The notes under the pieces were generated by a model. It did no database searches, had not been told where the DNA came from, and saw only the letters and a list, made by a program, of their open reading frames with translations. The position numbers were made by a program, and so were the translations under genes. A stretch of DNA of 64,000 nucleotides, from assembly GCA_036172245.1 (NCBI GenBank), contig JAYWIR010000054.1:186001-250000 (forward strand). The letters run 5' to 3'. Positions 48,101 through 60,580 of the stretch are shown piece after piece. Numbering within the stretch: the first letter of the stretch is position 1; the number at the start of each line of letters is the position of its first letter. This DNA is from Raillietiella orientalis. Taxonomy: Eukaryota.

Positions 48101-50829
48101 TTCCGGGACACCTGGTAGGGGAGTGAAAAGTTGTTGCGAAGGAGAGAGAAGCGAGCGCCTTGCGCGCCAGGAACGTTTCCTCCCTTCCTTTTAATCCCCT
48201 CCGCCTCAGTCAAGAAAGGAGGGGGAGGGGAGGAGAAAAGAGTCTTCCGTCTGCATGCCGGGGAATCCGCCGGGCAGCTGCATCTGCCTTGCCAGTCGGA
48301 CTCCAAGGGAGACGGTCGAATCTGGCGTGAGGAATTCATTTTCTCTCGGTTGTTTCGTCAGGGCTTCGAGGAATCGATGATCGCCTTCAAGACGCAAGAA
48401 GAGAACGATGAAAAGGTGAAGGAGGAAAGGAAGAGGAAGAGGAGGAAGTGGAAAGGAGGAAGAGGAGAGAGAGACAGGAGGAGGAAACAAAGACGGGGTA
48501 AAGAGGAGGAATAAAAGATGACCCTCCAAAACAAGGAGGTGGGAAGAGGAAATAATGGAACCCCTGTCGGGGTCTCCTCTCTCAAGGTGAGAGCGGATCG
48601 CTCGGGAGTCGAAGAGGAGGAACCACGGCAATGCACAACCTCATGGGTCATGTTGGAGAGACCGAAGTGACCGATTTCAGTGACCGAGTACACCGATTTC
48701 TGAGGGCGATAAAGGGTGGCGGTTGAAGATGAAAGCCGTGAGGTCTCCTTCGGAATTGGCAGTGGATCTGGCACTCAGGGAAGGGAGCCAATAGGAGCAT
48801 CGAAGAACGAAGAGCGGAGACGGGTGGAATTGGCGCCTGAGAGCCCAGAGATAAGGCGTCGGCCGTTCTGGAAAGACGGAATCGTTCTCCGAGTCCTCCA
48901 GAAGGAGCCAAGGGAATCTTCAGGAGACGAGACGCCGCGTGCTGAAGAGGACGGGCATTGGGGATGGGGAGAGAGAGAGGGATGACTTCGTCCCGAGAGC
49001 GATGGAAAGGTCTGGCGTTGAGCAGGGAAATCCTCCCTTCCTTCTTCCGAGAGGAGACGAGAGGTGACGGGATGACGAACCCCCGGATTTGTTGGCAGAG
49101 CTTCAGGCGTAGTGCCGAAGAGACCGAGGACCAGCGGTTTTCGCCGACCCCTCCCCCTCGAAGCATCCGCCTGCATGAGACGGACCCTTTTCACGGCTGT
49201 CGCTTGGAGCGCCCCGCGTCTTGCGGCTCTGCCTATGCGGCTTCTGTCGCTGCTTCTCCCTTCTTCTCGTGGTCAAGGACCACGAGAGACGATGGATGAT
49301 GGACAGATCATCTCGTCTGCTCCCAGGCCGTGTGCTTGCGGCGATGCCAAGGAACGGCCGCACTGAGCACGTGGGCCCCGTGGCCGTTCGTTCCTGAGAT
49401 CCATCAATTCCGAGGGGAGGAGTGGCCTCCCGCAACTTCTGGGAAGAATTCTGCCGCAGCTCCACTTTGGAACTCCCAGGCTCTTCCTAGACAGGTGGGA
49501 GCACGAGAAAAAAAAAGGAAAGGAAAATCAAGATGAGAATGTGACCACGGGAAGGAGCTTCGCCATGACTCAAGGTCGCCGCTCCGTATGCAAGATGATT
49601 TATTGCCTCTGATTATTCCGACCTCATGGACCATCCATCCATCTCTTCTTCCACGCGTGAGCTTCGACGTCGGAGTTCCATTTGCTAATTGAACCGTGCA
49701 GCTTCTTCCTCCCTCCCTCCCTCCCTCCCTCCCCCCTCTTCCCGATCGTCTCGACGGAGTCTCTCTCCCGCTCCCCCGCTGCCCGTGCCGAGGGACGGCG
49801 GCGATCCGTCCGAATTTCGACTCTTCCTCAGAGAGTCTTCCCGTCGTCTTCCGCGGGACAGGACGGAGTCGGGAAGAGTCTCAGAAGAAGTGTCCGCCCC
49901 TCGTCCGTCCCGCTGTGACGTGGACGGAGTGCTCGGGAAGACACGCTTCAGCTTGTCAGTGCGGGAGGAAGGAAGAGACGTTCCACTTGAACAGACTCCT
50001 CGCTGCAGCCTCTGAACCACCTCTTCTCAGGAACTGAAGGTCTTTTCTCTTCCCCCTCCTTCCTCCTTCCCGTCCGAACCGCTGGACTCCGCAGTGGGCG
50101 CACCCTTCGCGCCCGGGTCAGCTGTGGAGAGCTGACCGGAGCGCAAGAGTCTGACCCGCACTCGAGGCTCATCCCCGAGAGCACACCGCATGTCCCCCCC
50201 CCTTACCGAGTGCTCTTGTTCCCTGGATCTCGGGTGGGTACGCCGGAAGATGCCCAGCCGCTCCCGGAAACCGGAAGGGCAGCCGGAGAGGCAGTGCGAA
50301 GGAACGGACGGGAGAAGCGGAAGCAGCGGGGCAGCGATGGACAGTCGGGAGGGCGGGGTACGGTCTAGTCTCTCCTCTTTCCTTCCGGCTGATGAAGGGA
50401 GTGCGGAAGGGAGGGTCAGAAACACCCGCGGCGTTTTCCGGCGTCAAGAGAAGAGGCATCGGGGCGATCCATTCGTTGCCGCCGGTTCCCTCGATAGCTG
50501 CCCGCCCGGAGGAAACTTCGCGGAGGATCACCACCGCGAGGCGACTTCACCCATGCAGTTCCGGGAGCCATCCGGCCGTGGTCGGTGAGATCCCCAGGGA
50601 CTCCCCCTCCTTCTCGTCCTTCGTCGCCCAGGAGGCGGGAGCCTCCAGCGGCGGTTTCCGGCGTCTCATGGTAAGCGGCACTCTGCCGTGCCCTCTGCCC
50701 TTTGACGCCGAGGAAGAAAAAGAAAGGGGACGTTCCTCGGCGGCAGTGGACCAGTCTGCAGTTTCCTCATTCCCGCACCAGTGATGTGACCACATTCTCA
50801 GCTTGACCCATCTCGTCTTCGGGAAGCTT

Positions 50830-51280
50830 GCAGTACCAGAACTTCGTCATCTTCTCTACCACTACTGTGAACCCCACCGCCGCAGCCTCACTGCCACCCT
50901 CATCCTTGCCTTTCACGGTTCCCGCGATATTCATCTTCGCTGTTCTCATCATGACTGTCATTCTGCTCGCTGTCGTCATTATTGCCAATGTTGCTGACAT
51001 CCTCCGTCTCATTCATCGCCATCTTCGCCAGCATTCTTCTCGTTCTTTTCGTTTCTGCCGTCATCACGATGCACCCCGTCGCCACCATCTCTAGGGACGC
51101 CGAACCGCTGTCCCCACAGTCGCCATCTTTGTCCCCGTCGTCCACTATCGTCCTGATCGGCGTCCTCACCTCCGTGGTCGCTCCCCCACTGTCGACACCA
51201 GCGCTGCTTCCGGTCCCCCTTCATCACCGTTCCCGTTGCCTCCTTCGTTCGTCGCGGCTGTCGTCATCGTCGTGGTGACT
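50830..51280. repeat. Degenerate (CAT/CGT)n trinucleotide low-complexity region
   Basis: Runs of catcat / cgtcgt / catcgt that generate low-complexity ORFs in several frames. Confidence 0.6.
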
Positions 51281-52769
51281 GCCAGCTTCCCGGCGTCCTC
51301 GCTCGCGCGCGCACTGCGCTCCCTCCGTCTGTCTGCACTCGAGGCTTTCGCTCGCCGCCGACCGGTGCTGCACCGCGGTCTCTTCGTCTTTCCTTCTTTC
51401 CTCCGGTGCGTGGGTCGCCGAGGAGGACTGCTCTCGTGCCTCAGAGTGATGGCGGCGGAGGGTCTGCCTCACCCTCTTCTTAGCTCCGTGCTTTTCTCCT
51501 TGTTTTCCCTTTCTATTCCTCTCCTTCCCTCCTCCCTTCGGCGGCATGCATGAGAGGAGCCAGCAATAAACTCTGAGGAGGCGGGGAAGGAGACCCGCCT
51601 GGGCAGAGTCTCCCGCTGCTGCCTTCTTTCCTTTCTCCTTCGTCTTCGCCTTCCTTTTTTTTTCTTTTCCTTGCTCCCCCCTTCTTGCCTCCTCGCCGTA
51701 GGCAAACAAAGTCGGAGGGTGCCGCGAGCACTGGCGAGTCCGGCGGCGACGCGGGCAAACAGCAGTTTTATGACCGCCCGCCATCTCTCCCTCCCCTCCC
51801 TCGGAGGCGCCTCCAATTCCCTCCTGAGGGTGGTAGGGGGAGGGAAGAAGGCAAGGGGCCTTCTCCTGGTCACTCTCGAGAGGTTGGAAGGGTCCTAGGG
51901 CCACGGCTCGCAGCCCTCGCGGGAACGCCTGGTCGCGCGGGTATCACCAGGCTGCTGTCGGAGAAAAGAGAACACCCGAGGATGAGAGGGAGAGAGGAGG
52001 GAAAGCTCCGAGCACCGTTTCCCGGTGCCCACGATGAGAACGCTCGGGGAGCCGGTCGGGCGTGCGATCTTCCTGATCTTCTGGACGGGCAGCTGGCAAA
52101 CGCGAGTTCCCCAAATGTGCTGGGAGAGCCCACTCTTTCTTCAGGTCCGCTGGCAGGAACCAGCGCCCCACTTTCCCGGGGGAGGCTCGAGGAGCGCTGC
52201 TGCCAGTGACGATGTGGAGGATTGTGCAAGGGTCGGAGGTCTTCGGGGCTGCTCCCTCCGCGGGTCTGAACGCCCCATGGAGGGAGCGCATGATGAGGAC
52301 AGGGTATCCTGGAAATGGGACGGCTTCGTTCAGGCTTCCGATGGTCCATTCCGGAACGGAAGCTGCACGCTTCAGGTGCTCCTTCGTCTTCTTCCGACAG
52401 GTGGAAAACACACGAGATTCGCCTCCAGAGGCGCTTCCGGTCATGAGAAAGAAGGTTCGCTCTGGGAAAGAGGAGGGAGGTCCCGGAACTCCGTCTCCTC
52501 TTTGCAGCGCCTGCTCCTGGTGGGACCGCTGCTGCGAGGAAGAGGAATGTTCGCCCGGACGAAACACGTCCTTGACGCTTCCTCGCCCTCGAAGCAGGGG
52601 CTCAAGGAAGGAAGGGGAAAGGGTGTGGCAAGAGGGGGGAACGACTCGGTCACAGATCAAGTCGCTGCGAAGAACTGCGTCGTCTGCAAATCTGGACCGT
52701 ACTCTTCTCTGGTGCGGGATGATACCAGAGTGCTCTCCAGCTGCTGCAAGCATGGTATGGTGGGAACTC

Positions 52770-53250
52770 TTTCGGGAAACTCGTTTGCTCTTTCTCTCCA
52801 GCTTTTTTTTTTCCCTGGACTTTCGTTTTTCGTGCTCAAGAAGAACCGTTTGGCTCCTTGGGGGGTGGAGGTGGGGTCACAAAGCTCTTTTACGCTGTCC
52901 ACGCCACCCGAGGGTGCATGCAATAACTCTTCAAGTTGGGGGGTGCCCGTAGGGGACCACCCTATGGATCCAGGAAAGCTCTAGAGGAAGGAATCCGTTC
53001 CTCTCGCTCTTGGCAGGGAGTCTCGAAGGGAATCACCTCTTCTTTATTTCTTCCGGAGTGACACCAGGAAATTCCCCGTTTTCTCCGAACTCCGAAAGGG
53101 AGCCTCTCTAGAGGGAACAGCGCGCTTCTCACGCTCTGGAGGCACAGTCCTCCCCGAGGGGAGTGCCAGCCATCTCCAAGGCACGGGATGAAGGGGAACA
53201 CCGAAGGGAACCGGTGCTCCTTGGATCCCGGAAGGACCCCGCAGAATCGA
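52770..53250 (-). mobile_element. SINE-like family copy (minus strand, head truncated)
   Basis: ctgtccacgccacccgagggtgc and ccctatggatccaggaa are reverse complements of the 21020-21120 region. Confidence 0.65.
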
Positions 53251-53297
53251 ATTCCAATACCGGATGAACAAAGGGAACATCGAGGGCCCGCGTCGGA

Positions 53298-54335
53298 GGC
53301 TTTGCGGTTAAGGCTTCCGCGCGTGGCACCATGCGTCGCGGGATCGAACACTCCGGCAGAAACTGACGCCACTGCGTCGTTGGGTTCCGAGTTTCTCCTA
53401 CAAGATGGCGCTGGTTGGTCGAGACATTCGGGCGTGGCACCGGTGGTCGTTTAAGCCTGGAGGCCCTTGATGAAGGCCGGAACAATGGGAGTCGACTTCG
53501 GGTCCTTCCAGGAATGAAGGGGTGGGGAGTTCCCCCTCCGGTTGTACAACGTAGGGCAGACCCCCCACACCGGGGGCCCCTCCGGTTTCAAGATGGAGCA
53601 GGAGCCCTCACGGGCACCTCTCCAGTTGTTCAAAGGAGAGGACCCCCTCTGTTGCGGGGGGACCCTCCGAGTCATCGCACTCTTTACGGAGTGCAAGGAA
53701 GCAAGAGAGAGCGATCCTCCTGTGGGAAGCTGCAGCTCCCCTTCTGAATTTCGGAAGCGTCCCTTCGGGGTTCTCTTCAGAGGAGTGAACAGGAGTGAAC
53801 AGGAGCGGTTCCCTTGCGGGTTCCCTCCGGAGAAGAATTTCCTACTAGCAGATCCTTTTCGGGTTCCCTTCGGAGAATATGAAATGGAGAGGGCTGCCCT
53901 CCCCATGGAGGGGGTGTCCCTCCGGAGAGAATGAGGAAGGAGATTCCCTTCGGGGTTCCCTTCGGAGACAACCAGAGTGAGAGGAACGGACTCCTAGCCC
54001 TTCCTGGATTCACAGGGCGGACCCCCATCCCGGGGTACCCCCTATCCTGAAGAATTGCCCTGAAGAATTTACAGGCCCCCCTGCGAGCTGCCGCAGGGGA
54101 TTGGCGTGGAAACAAAACAGTGTGTTTAAAGAGCCACGTGCGCCGCGAGTAACGCGACCGGCTCTTGAGGTACTTAGCAAACCAAAAAAAAGAATTTCGA
54201 AAAAAAAAAAGGAATAGCTAGAAGGAATAAACAGCGAAGACAGAAGAAAAGGAACTCAAGGATTTCCATCATCCTAGGTCAATAGTAACGATCTCCTCGT
54301 GGGGTCGCTACTGGCCTTATTTAAAAAAAAAAAAA
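53298..54335 (+). mobile_element. tRNA-headed SINE-like element, long (~1 kb) copy with internal subrepeats
   Basis: Same head and 3' end as 20878-21326, ends in poly-A; its internal region matches the minus-strand copies at 41390-42110 and 52770-53250. Confidence 0.75.
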
Positions 54336-54339
54336 ATCA

Positions 54340-54720
54340 AAGGGAACATCCAGTACCGGTTTTTACTTGTTCGCACCCGAAGAGGACACAACCAGCGTCA
54401 TCCTGCTGGGGGAAAAGAAGTTGAAACCTACGAGGCAACCCCCATTTTCGCCGTCGAGACTCCCCCCCCGAGAGGGACTCGAACCGCAACGCTCGGTGCC
54501 GCGCGCGGACCCCTAGCCATACGTCCCCCAACGCGGACCCCAGCAATGACACACGACATATTTATAGAGCTGCTCTCTTTTACACCGCGAGAGCGCACCC
54601 GAGGGCTCTCTCCTCCCTGGCCTCAGAAGCGGCGCCAATTTCGTCCGCTGCCGCACCCGAAGAGGCCAACCAGCATCATTCTGCGGAAGAGGACTCCAAT
54701 CCCACGACGCACCCGCCATT
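54340..54720 (-). mobile_element. Two head fragments of the same SINE-like family
   Basis: caaccagcgtcatcctgc (54389-54406), gggactcgaaccgcaacgctcggtgccgcgcgcgga (~54474-54509), ccaaccagcatcattctgcgg..cccacgacgcaccc (54666-54714). Confidence 0.6.
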
Positions 54721-55059
54721 CTTGGTCCCAACTCCGGAACATGGTTGCCTTGGTGAAAAGCGATTTCTGGACCTCCGTTCTCCTGGCGAACTGGACAGCC
54801 TGGCTGCAAGAGTCCCGTTTTCGCATGGGAAAAAATCAACGGCACGAGCGAGGGGGCAGAGTTCATTCGCCTACGGAACCGCAGATACGCTCTCCAGCCT
54901 CTGAGGGAGATCCTGGGGAACAACACCAGGAACTTGTTGTGGGCTTCGTTCACCCCCTCGTTACAGTGCTCCTTTTCCTACGGGGAGCTACGGATAGCCA
55001 ACTTCCAGCGAGGTGGGAAGTGACCTGTGTGATAGGGAGCAGGAAAAAACACCTGGGTG

Positions 55060-55935
55060 AGTGGACAACTCTGGAGCTGACGGACGCCACGACCCCAAGT
55101 ACCCCACCCAAAGGACTGCTGCGCGGGAGAGAGCTGCCACCAATTTCTCCGGAAGGGATACAGTGGCCTCCAGCATGTTGGAACAGTGCCGCCCTCCCCC
55201 TAAAGTGGCAGGAGTCGGAGATCCTTCTGTTGCACTGGGGCATCCCGTGCAACAGAAGGATTTCCGCTGACACTACGAGACCCGGGGGAGGAGGTGAGCC
55301 CCAACTGCAGCAGATGAGGCGAAAGAGAGTCCCTTGCGCACCTGCTCACGAACTGTGTGGCCCTGCACCCCCTGTGGGGGAGGCCACACAGTCCATGAGC
55401 AGCCCACTCCACTTTGCCGCGTCCCTGCGGATCCCCGAGGGCAACCCCAGAGACGTTCTGAAGTGCGCGACGCCCTCACGCCGGCCGCATCCCCAGCAGC
55501 ATTGTGCAGTCCATGCGCGATCGTGGCTGCATGGAGCAACGCCAGAGGAGGCCACGGCGACAGGGACGCATCCATTTTGGCGTCCCCTTCATGAGAACAG
55601 CCAGAAGATGGCCCCGTCTGGGCATCCTGAGGAAGGAACTTTCCGGCATCCTTTCAGGGATGCAGAGGACGCCCTTCAGCACCCGCTGGGCCCTTTCAGA
55701 ATCCTCCCAATTTTTGTCGTATATATATATGTATATATTTTTGTTTGATTTTTCTCTTTTGTTCGTCCCCTTCCCTCTGCTGCCGCAGTGAGCCTCGCCA
55801 GCCTGCGGGTGCCGGTTCTCTGCAGGTTCCCATGGTTATATCTGTAACGTGGCAGGACCAAGAGTCCTACCACTGACTTGTATGTTTATTTTATTTTTTT
55901 TTACAAACAAAGGCCTCGGTGCAACTGGGTGACAA
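55060..55935 (+). mobile_element. 5'-truncated L1/Tx1-like LINE 3' end
   Basis: W..ACWNSAALPLKWQESEILLLHWGIPCNRRI followed by (frameshifted) CSR*GERESLAHLLTNCVALHPLW, a zf-RVT-type C-terminus; paralog of 18720-20390. Confidence 0.7.
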
Positions 55936-55939
55936 ACCA

Positions 55940-56003
55940 TTCTCGGCGTCGATCCTTCCGGACGGGATTCGAACCCACGACGCCTGGTTGCGCTGCGCGC
56001 GGA
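55940..56003 (-). mobile_element. tRNA-like SINE head fragment
   Basis: ggattcgaac (55965-55974) = B-box GTTCGAATCC on the minus strand, followed by ...gcgcgcggag as in the other heads. Confidence 0.5.
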
Positions 56004-59000
56004 GAATCGGCTCCTTGTGACATGCCCATCCTCGCTCTCCTTATCGAGCCGAGGACCATCTCACGGCCCTGGGAAAAGGTTCCACTCGTTCGGCTGTGCC
56101 TTTTTTACCCGTACCCATCCTGGAGCGCAGCAAGCCTCCGGCGAAATGATCTTCGAGGCTCCGTCGCGAGGCAATGTCGAGCAGCATGCGCACCTCGGGG
56201 GTCCTTCGTTGCAGGCACTTTTCGCGCCGCCGAGCGTACGGCGCTAGCACTTCAGAGAAGCTCCCCGAAAGAGGAGAACTGAAGGCCAAGCCCGGGATGA
56301 AATGCCGCAGCAGCGAGATGAGTGGAGGCTCTTTTCGTCGGAAAGGCCCACGAAAAAATGGAAGTGCCGGCTCGCGAGCGTCGCCCGCAGTCTCCTCGGA
56401 TGCGCAGCCAAGGTGCAGCTCCTACTCTCGACCAGCTACCATGAGGGGGAGCTCCCAGGGCATCGGACAGGACCCTTCCTTTGACCGAGAGCTTCGATCG
56501 GAGCGCACCGCCAGCAAGCTGAAGACGCACCAATTCCGGGCGGGAGGCGAAGTGACTCGGGCGGCCGGTGTCGCGCACTCGGGAACATCTCAGCTTCTGT
56601 CGCAAACAGAAGCAGGGCTGGCCGCTCGCCTATCCAGGACCATTCGTTAGTCCCGTCGGATTCACCTCGCCTCCTCTTGCGTTCTCGGCAGCGGGTCTTT
56701 CGAAGGTCCCATCCTCGAGGGCGCGACCTTCGCTACAACCTCGCTGGAAACCGGAAATTCCCAGCGGCAACTCGGGGCGCAATAAACGGCAATTTTTCCT
56801 TCGTGTGTGTGTTTTTCAATCTTCCAACCGGGAGAGGCGTCCCGGAAGATCCGCTTTCCCGAAGAGACTTCTACGGATGGCGGGTTCATTGCCGAAAAGG
56901 TGGGCCTGCGGTGTTGGAGCGACAAGTAGGTGTGGACGGACCTACAGGACAACCGCTCGCGACCCGTCCTCGCGACGAAACGGAGGAGCTTCCGAGATTT
57001 CCCTCAGGTCCACCGAAAGGTCACCCCGGCACGCAAGGGGTTTTGCGGACCCCTCGCGGCAAAGAAGCAGCGCCGCACCCGATCCAGAGGGCCATTCAGC
57101 CCGGACGGCCCCTTAACGGCAGAAAATCCCCCGCCTTTCGGCACCTCCCACGAGGGAACAATAAATCCTTCAACACCTCCTCCCGCCGCTCCTCTGGCGG
57201 GAGAGCTTCGATCGGAGAGCACCGTCGGCAAGGAAAGGCGCGCGACTCGATCCCCAGCCGGCCGAGTCGGACCCCTCCCACCTCGAATTCCGAGCTCGCC
57301 TCGAAGAGCGGCTGCACCCCACCACCACTTTGCACTGAAACTTCTGACCGAAAATTCGATTACCACGGGATGCGCACCCGTCCGCTCCAGCGCGCGCGCG
57401 CGTCCCGGGCGGCGCCGCGAGGTTTTCGGGAGCCTGCGATTCGCTTCCGGAAGGGAAGTGTCTCCTCTCCAATGCCGAGGGCATCCATCCTGACCCCCGC
57501 GAGCTGCACCTCTGTCCGAAACGATGGTGAGTTCCGTCGAATTAGGGGCGTCACGTCTTCGATGGTCTTGACCCGGTCATGCCCGGAAGTTTCGTGCAGA
57601 TGTCGGTGAGACCTGAGTTCCCGCCGAGTTCGACGATGCTTCGAGAAGGGGTGCGGACGAGGACCGCAACAGAAACGACGAACAGCGGGCGAAAGTCAAA
57701 GAGCGGGGTCCGTGAGGTGAAGGGGAAAGGGACGTAAGGGGCAGCAGCCCGCTTAGCTGCGTCCTCTGGGTCCTGAGCAGGATGCCGGCGACCAGCCCCT
57801 CACGCCGTTCCAGCTTCACCTCGACGCCATCTGCAAGGAAAACGGGCTGCGAAGGGTATGGGTGGGTTCCCCTTCCGTGTCTCCCCCCCTCGGCCACACG
57901 CACCTGGAAGCGACTGCACCGCGCAGACAGCGGAGCGCTGCGGCTGTGGCAGCTGGAGATGTGGATTTCCGCTCAAAGAGGTCTTTCGCTTCGTCTCCGG
58001 GATGGGAAGGGAAGCGGGAAAACGTTGCCGAAGAGTCTGGAGAGCGACGCAACTCACGGGAGGGTGCGGGATTGAGGGAAGCTGACGTTCGAACCCAATT
58101 ACGCCGGACGTTTATCTTAAAAAACAAACTACAAAGAGGAGGGAAAAGAATTCCCTCAAAAAACAAGAAACGTCTCCCAAAAGAAAAAGAAGTTCATCCA
58201 GGATAACCCCCGGAACGCAGGCTGGCTTCCAAAAGGTAGGGAAGGGAAGGTGGGGAGAATGAATAAATAAAAAAAGACAGGATGGTGGGGACAGGGATCT
58301 TGGTAAAAGACGTTCCTTCCTTTCTAGAAGCGGCTCTGGATGGTGGCGGCGATCTCACTGGCGACTTCAGGCGGATGAGGCCACCTTGTTGCTGTCCTCA
58401 TGAGGGCTGCTGCTGCCATGCTGGTGGCCTCTCTTCGCCGCGCATCAGACTCCAACACGTGGCGGGCTGTCACTACAGCGCTGATGCAACATTTCGTTTC
58501 GTTGTTCACAGCGCTCTTATTCAGTCCATCTCTGGTGAAGAAGCGTCACAGCGAGTCCAAAGCGGTGCCCTGTGGTCGACGGACAGCCAAAGCGAGTCTC
58601 CGCCACAAGTCTTCTAGGACATCGCAGTCCAACAGGAGCTGCGGGAGCGATTCTCAGCGGGAAGCTGGAAACGAGCTGCATCCAACAACCGCAGGGAAAA
58701 TTCCCCACTTCTCTGGCAGGTTGGTTCCATGGGTTGCGAAAAAGAAGGATGCCGCTGCGGTGAAGGAGGTCGCTGTCGGACAGGCCATCCTGGGTGGCTC
58801 GCTGCCCAACGCCTCCGTTGCTCCCGCGGCGTTGCTGAAGGATTCAGGCGTGGCCCTGGGCGTTCCCGGCCCACATTCTCGCTGTCTCCTGGAGTCAAGC
58901 GTTGCTGTTCGCGGAGCAGCAGGAGATCCAGGGTGTTTGCTCTCCAGAGCGGCCACTTACCGAAGAGGGAAACTGCAGGGACTGGCGATCCTGCGCAGCT

Positions 59001-59939
59001 GCCGCTGCGCAGGGTCACCAGTCCTTCGCAGCCGGCCGCTAGCCTGAGGAGCAGAGCAGGTCGGAAAGGCAGGGAGATGCGAATTAGAAACGGGCAGTGG
59101 GTTGAGAACGATGATTTCCTACTCCCTGTATGAGTTCAAATGACCATCAGACTCTAAAAGGTGGGGCTCTAGGAATGGAACGGCATCACCACTATGTTGG
59201 TCAGGTCAGCAAGTGCCAGGTCAGTCAGACACCCTTTCCGAAACAGTTTTACCACGTTCCGTGCCGCTCGGGTTCATCCAGGGGATCTTGAAGATTGCAA
59301 ACAGATGCGGACGGGGGATGCGTGCTTTCCTTCATCTGCAGTTTTCTTCGTGATTCTGCCTCCTGGCTTGCTGTGGAAGCGGTTCTGAAGAACTGCAGCG
59401 CGTAACCCATAGCGGCCGATGGCACGCCTCGGCAAGGCTGGTCCTCAGCTTATCTTAAGGCACGAACCCTGCGCCTCGCCGTCGATTCCGGTGACTCCTG
59501 CGAGCTTCCTCTATCTCTTCTGGACAGTGGCGCTGACGAGTGCTTGCGGCGCAACATGGGAGAGCCAAGGTCGACTGCCTCCTGACTGCAGCTCCTGCGA
59601 CCTGGACACTTTCACCCGATGTCTTCACGGGGAAGCCACCGAAATGCTTCTCCCGTGGCACTCGATTTTCAATCTCGTCGCTTCCTCCAGTCAGCCCCGG
59701 GTGAACCCCTGGGATAAGTTCGCACAGGCTGCTCGCGCCCACACGGAACGAAGGGATGCCTGCAGAGGACCCACCACTCGAGGCAAGCTGTGTTCCCATC
59801 CCGGGCTACCGCGCCGTTTGTTTAAAGCAAGTGAATCGAATTGGCGCAGTCGGAGAAGAACCAACACGCGTCGTCCCGAACCCAAAGGGACTACCCTCAT
59901 TGGGACAGAATCAGGGAGTGAAAGAGGGAAGGCAAACAG

Positions 59940-60580
59940 ACAAACAAATAAATAAGGAAGGAGATAGCTCTGTCACATGGAACTTGACGTGATTTCCGAG
60001 TGCACGAGTAGATGAAGCAGTGGGAAGGAGGAAATAGGTCCACAGGGGGCCGGGTAAGGCTGCCCACGATCCGCTCCCTCGTATCTCGTGTCCCGGATTG
60101 GACCGCTTCAATGTCCTACGCGTGCAGGAGATGGTGAACGTCTACCACCACCGTTGCACGCACGTGGCAGAGGGCAATCGGCAGTCAACTGGCAAGTCTT
60201 TGGAGAAATGGGCATCTCACCAAAGAGGTCTCCAGGGGATCATCATGGAACTCAGGTGCCTCGGAGATACGCTTCATCCCTGACACAGCCTTTCCCACTC
60301 CGGCAGCAACGGTGCGGCAGGGTTCCCACCATCCCGCATGGGTGCCATCCTCGGGCAGCCCGCCCGCTGAGGCGTGGCGTTCTGGCCACAGGCAAGAGCC
60401 TGCGCCACCAGCAAGATGGCTGTCTTCTCGGAACGTGGAGGAAGGGTGGAGGTTTCGGCCAGGAAGCCCCGCATCTCCAAGTTTCAATGGTGGCGTTCCG
60501 ATCACCCTTGCGGTCTCCGAGCGAGGTCTCTGGGCGTGGTTTCGATCGCCAGACGGAAGCAGGATGCTGCCCGGAAAGCA
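59940..60580 (-). mobile_element. Possible decayed LINE 3' end
   Basis: Weak LPPRSEKTAILL / PCGMVGTLPH motifs ending at a TTATTTGTTTG tract. Confidence 0.25.

Noticed and set aside
54546..55748. 400-aa plus-strand ORF
   Set aside because: Fusion of SINE fragments and a frameshifted LINE remnant; only a short central part is TE-derived coding sequence.
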